Of a stretch of 59,494 nucleotides of DNA, positions 56,676-59,494 are shown piece after piece. A program made the translations under genes and the position numbers. The notes below the pieces were generated by a model. It did no database searches. It was not told the origin of the DNA and saw only the letters and a list, made by a program, of their open reading frames with translations. This DNA comes from Candidatus Woesearchaeota archaeon (GTDB lineage: Archaea > Nanobdellota > Nanobdellia > Woesearchaeales > UBA9642). The first letter of the stretch is position 1. Each line of letters starts with the position of its first letter. Where the stretch lies: NCBI GenBank assembly GCA_016928115.1, contig JAFGLI010000006.1, positions 1 to 59,494 of the forward strand. Direction: 5' to 3'.

Positions 56676-57476
56676 ATGGCTAAACCAAAAATAGAGCTTT
56701 TGAACAAAAGCAAAAAACCTGAAAAGATGAGTTTTTTGATATCTGATGTGCCTATAGAATACATCAACAGTTTAAGAAGGTACATTATGAAAGAGGTTCC
56801 TGTCATGGCTATAGAGGATGTTGAGATAATCAATAACAGCTCCATAATTTATAATGAGGTTCTGGCACACAGGCTGGGACTTGTAGTATTGTCAACTGAT
56901 TTGAAAACATATAACATGAAAAACGAATGCAAATGCAAGGGCAAAGGCTGTGCAGGATGTGAAGTGAAAATGAGCCTCAAGGAAAAGGAGCCCGGCTATG
57001 TATATGCATCACAGATAAAATCAAAAGACCCTAAAATAAAGCCTGTTTACGGAAAAACACCCATAGCAAAACTGAAAAAAGGGCAGAAAATAGAGCTTGT
57101 GGCCACAGCTGTTCTGGGTAAGGGAAAAGAACACTCAAAATGGAATCCCGGGCTGGTTTATTATAACCAGATGGTCTCAATAGATATAAAAAACAAGGAC
57201 AAAATAAGTAAGGAAAAGGCTGAATATATGGTAAAACATTTTCCTGAAGTATTTAGTCTTAAAAACAACAAAATAGAGCTATTGAAAAAAGAATGGAATG
57301 ACAGCATATTATATTGTGATTTTGCAAATGACCCCAATATTGAAATCAAGAGGCTTGACAAATACGTATTTACTGTTGAGCCTTTCGGGCAGTTAAAGGC
57401 AGGGGAAATGATTGAAAAAGCCCTTGATATTTTTGACTCACATCTTGATGAGTTTGAAAAGAAAATAAACAAATAA
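56676..57476 (+). CDS. rpoD: RNA polymerase subunit Rpo3 (D)
   Basis: NSLRR, VPVMAIEDV, NEVLAHRLGL, GKEHSKW; start moved to ATG 56676. Confidence 0.95.
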   Translation: MAKPKIELLNKSKKPEKMSFLISDVPIEYINSLRRYIMKEVPVMAIEDVEIINNSSIIYNEVLAHRLGLVVLSTDLKTYNMKNECKCKGKGCAGCEVKMSLKEKEPGYVYASQIKSKDPKIKPVYGKTPIAKLKKGQKIELVATAVLGKGKEHSKWNPGLVYYNQMVSIDIKNKDKISKEKAEYMVKHFPEVFSLKNNKIELLKKEWNDSILYCDFANDPNIEIKRLDKYVFTVEPFGQLKAGEMIEKALDIFDSHLDEFEKKINK

Positions 57477-57477
57477 A

Positions 57478-57834
57478 ATGACTTTGGAAAACAAAAACCG
57501 GATACTGAATGAACTGATTGAAAAACTCAAGAAGCTTTCAATAGATAAAGATGCAAAGCTATGGAAAAGAATAGCTTCTGACCTGGAAAAAAGCACAAGA
57601 AACAGGAGAGTTGTAAACCTGTCAAAGATTAACAGGTACAGTAAGGAGGGCATTACTGTTGTTGTGCCCGGCAAGGTTCTGGCAGGCGGAAACCTTGAGC
57701 ATCCTGTGAATGTTGTTGCATATAATTTTTCAAAAAAGGCATTTGATGAGATAAACAAAAAAGGCTCAGCCATAACACTGAATAATTTCATAGAAAAAAA
57801 TCCAAATACCAAGAATATAAAAATAATAGGCTGA
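57478..57834 (+). CDS. rpl18e: Ribosomal protein eL18
   Basis: LWKRIA, VNLSKINR, VVPGKVL. Confidence 0.95.
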   Translation: MTLENKNRILNELIEKLKKLSIDKDAKLWKRIASDLEKSTRNRRVVNLSKINRYSKEGITVVVPGKVLAGGNLEHPVNVVAYNFSKKAFDEINKKGSAITLNNFIEKNPNTKNIKIIG

Positions 57835-57838
57835 TAAA

Positions 57839-58273
57839 ATGGCAGAAAATGAACTGATTATAAACGGGGAAGGCATGGTGGCAGGAAGGCTTGCAGCCAT
57901 TGCAGCAAAAAAAGCCCTGCTCGGCTTTGATGTAAATATAATCAACAGCGAAAAAGCACTGATAGTTGGCAATAAAAAAGAGATTATAAAAAAGTACAAG
58001 ATAAAAGAAGACAGGGGGATACCCTCAAAAGGACCGTTTCTGCCAAAGAGGCCTGACAGGTTTTTAAGAAAGATAATCAGAGGAATGCTTCCTTATAAAA
58101 AATCCCGGGGAAGAAATGCTTATAAACAAGTAAAATGCTTTATAGGAATGCCCGAGGAATTCAAAGACAAAAAAATAACAGAATATGATAATGCTCATAT
58201 AAAAAAATCAAAGCACACTGAATTTATAACAATAAAAGAGATACTAAAAAATCTGGGAAGTGATTTTGAATGA
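57839..58273 (+). CDS. rpl13: Ribosomal protein uL13
   Basis: GRLAA.AAK, GPFLPKRPD, RGMLPYK. Confidence 0.96.
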   Translation: MAENELIINGEGMVAGRLAAIAAKKALLGFDVNIINSEKALIVGNKKEIIKKYKIKEDRGIPSKGPFLPKRPDRFLRKIIRGMLPYKKSRGRNAYKQVKCFIGMPEEFKDKKITEYDNAHIKKSKHTEFITIKEILKNLGSDFE

Positions 58274-58665
58274 AAATAATAAACAGCTCAGGAAAAAGAA
58301 AAACCGCTATTGCAAGAGCAACGCTTAAGGAAGGAAACGGAAAAGTGAATGTAAATAATGAGATGCTTGAGAATATAGAGCCAAGCATATCAAGAATGAA
58401 AATAAAAGAGCCTTTAATACTTGCAGGCGAGACAGCCAAAAAACTAGATATTGATGTTGATGTGAAAGGCGGGGGGTACAATGCGCAGGCAGAGGCTGCA
58501 AGAGTTGCAATTTCAAGAGCATTGATAAAATATGATTCAAAACTGGAGAGGATTTTCCTTGACTACAACAGGAGCCTTCTGGTTTCAGATGTAAGGAGAA
58601 AGGAATGTGCCAAGCCTAATTCAAGAGGAAGGGCAAGAGCCAAAAGGCAAAAGAGTTACCGTTAA
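58270..58665 (+). CDS. rps9: Ribosomal protein uS9
   Basis: GKRKTAIARA, VKGGG, ARAKRQKSYR. Confidence 0.97.
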   Translation: MKIINSSGKRKTAIARATLKEGNGKVNVNNEMLENIEPSISRMKIKEPLILAGETAKKLDIDVDVKGGGYNAQAEAARVAISRALIKYDSKLERIFLDYNRSLLVSDVRRKECAKPNSRGRARAKRQKSYR

Positions 58666-58684
58666 ATATTGCGGGGTGCAAAAG

Positions 58685-58747
58685 ATGATAACAATAAAAA
58701 ATATTAATTTTTTAAGTCACCATTTTTTCAACGGGGTGAAAAAATGA
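58685..58747 (+). other. Possible 20-aa uORF coupled to rpoN
   Basis: MITIKNINFLSHHFFNGVKK* with its own GGGGTG SD; stop overlaps the rpoN ATG (ATGA). Confidence 0.4.
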
Positions 58748-58941
58748 TAATACCTATAAGATGTTTTTCATGCGGAAAGCCCATAGCCCATTTATGGGAG
58801 GAATTCCTTGAAAGGACCCAGAAAGGGGAAAACAAAAAGGACGTACTGGATGATTTAGGCCTGGAAAGATACTGCTGCAGGGCATTATTCCTTGGGCATG
58901 TTGACCTTATAGACACAGCCGGTGAGTTTAAAAAATTTTAA
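58744..58941 (+). CDS. rpoN: RNA polymerase subunit Rpo10 (N)
   Basis: MIIPIRCFSCGK...RYCCR. Confidence 0.97.
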   Translation: MIIPIRCFSCGKPIAHLWEEFLERTQKGENKKDVLDDLGLERYCCRALFLGHVDLIDTAGEFKKF

Positions 58942-58943
58942 AA

Positions 58944-59483
58944 ATGCCTGGAAAAAAGACTTTTAAAGAAAATAAAATCAAAGACATATTATCTACAATT
59001 GAATCAGATTCTAAATTCAGGGATTTTAAAAAGAAAAATCCTGGTTATTATTTAGCGCATTTGTTCTATATGGAAAAATCTGAGAATGAAAAGAATGAGC
59101 CATGGCAGGCAGGCTACTACGATAAGAAAAAAGACAAAATGGTTGTCTTTAGTTTAAAGGAAAATAATAAAATTGAAAAGGAGCCTGAATCAGAGATTTT
59201 TAAAAAAGACAAAAAAGCAGTTAATAAGCTTGAGCTGAAAAAAATAAAAATAGATTTTGAGGAAGCCAAAAACATAAACAATGAGTTTGTTAAAAGCAAA
59301 TACAATGGTGAGCCAATCAAGGACAGAATATATATAATACAGAAGCTTGAAAAACACATATGGAACATAACCAATGTAAGCCGTTTCTTTAATATTATTA
59401 ATGTGAAGATAGACGCACAGAAAGGAAAGGTAATTAAAAGCAGCAAAGACTCTTTAATGGGTCTGGGCAGGGTTATGGAATAA
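58944..59483 (+). CDS. Hypothetical protein (PepSY-like C-terminus)
   Basis: WQAGYY...WNIT...NVKIDAQKGKV. Confidence 0.65.
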   Translation: MPGKKTFKENKIKDILSTIESDSKFRDFKKKNPGYYLAHLFYMEKSENEKNEPWQAGYYDKKKDKMVVFSLKENNKIEKEPESEIFKKDKKAVNKLELKKIKIDFEEAKNINNEFVKSKYNGEPIKDRIYIIQKLEKHIWNITNVSRFFNIINVKIDAQKGKVIKSSKDSLMGLGRVME

Positions 59484-59494
59484 TCCGAATAACT

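Overview
AT-rich archaeal chromosomal segment. Gene content and order are most consistent with a DPANN archaeon (Woesearchaeota-like Nanoarchaeota); this is an inference, not a phylogeny. Housekeeping genes: L1-P0-P1, S19e-L39e-L31e and S13-S4-S3-S11-rpoD-L18e-L13-S9-rpoN clusters, fttA, psmB, dph5, trm5, fen1, endA, rnz, rio1, dim2, hjc, top6AB, eno, guaA, tldDE and leuA. Accessory genes include several toxin-antitoxin pairs, a Fic gene and an IntI-like tyrosine recombinase. RNA genes are an SRP RNA that appears to lack helix 6 and a tRNA-Ser(GGA) with an intron in the T-arm. The most unusual signals are non-coding: (1) a Leu-rich leader peptide with alternative stems in front of leuA, resembling a bacterial attenuator in an archaeon; (2) a dispersed family of interlocking 25-30 nt hairpin modules at promoters, a start codon and a tRNA end, often with target duplications; (3) a recombinase locus with a dif/attI-like site and cassette-like debris; (4) bipartite inverted repeats bracketing the fic gene; (5) a probable L1-binding leader. 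All calls were made by eye from motifs; no database searches or folding programs were run.
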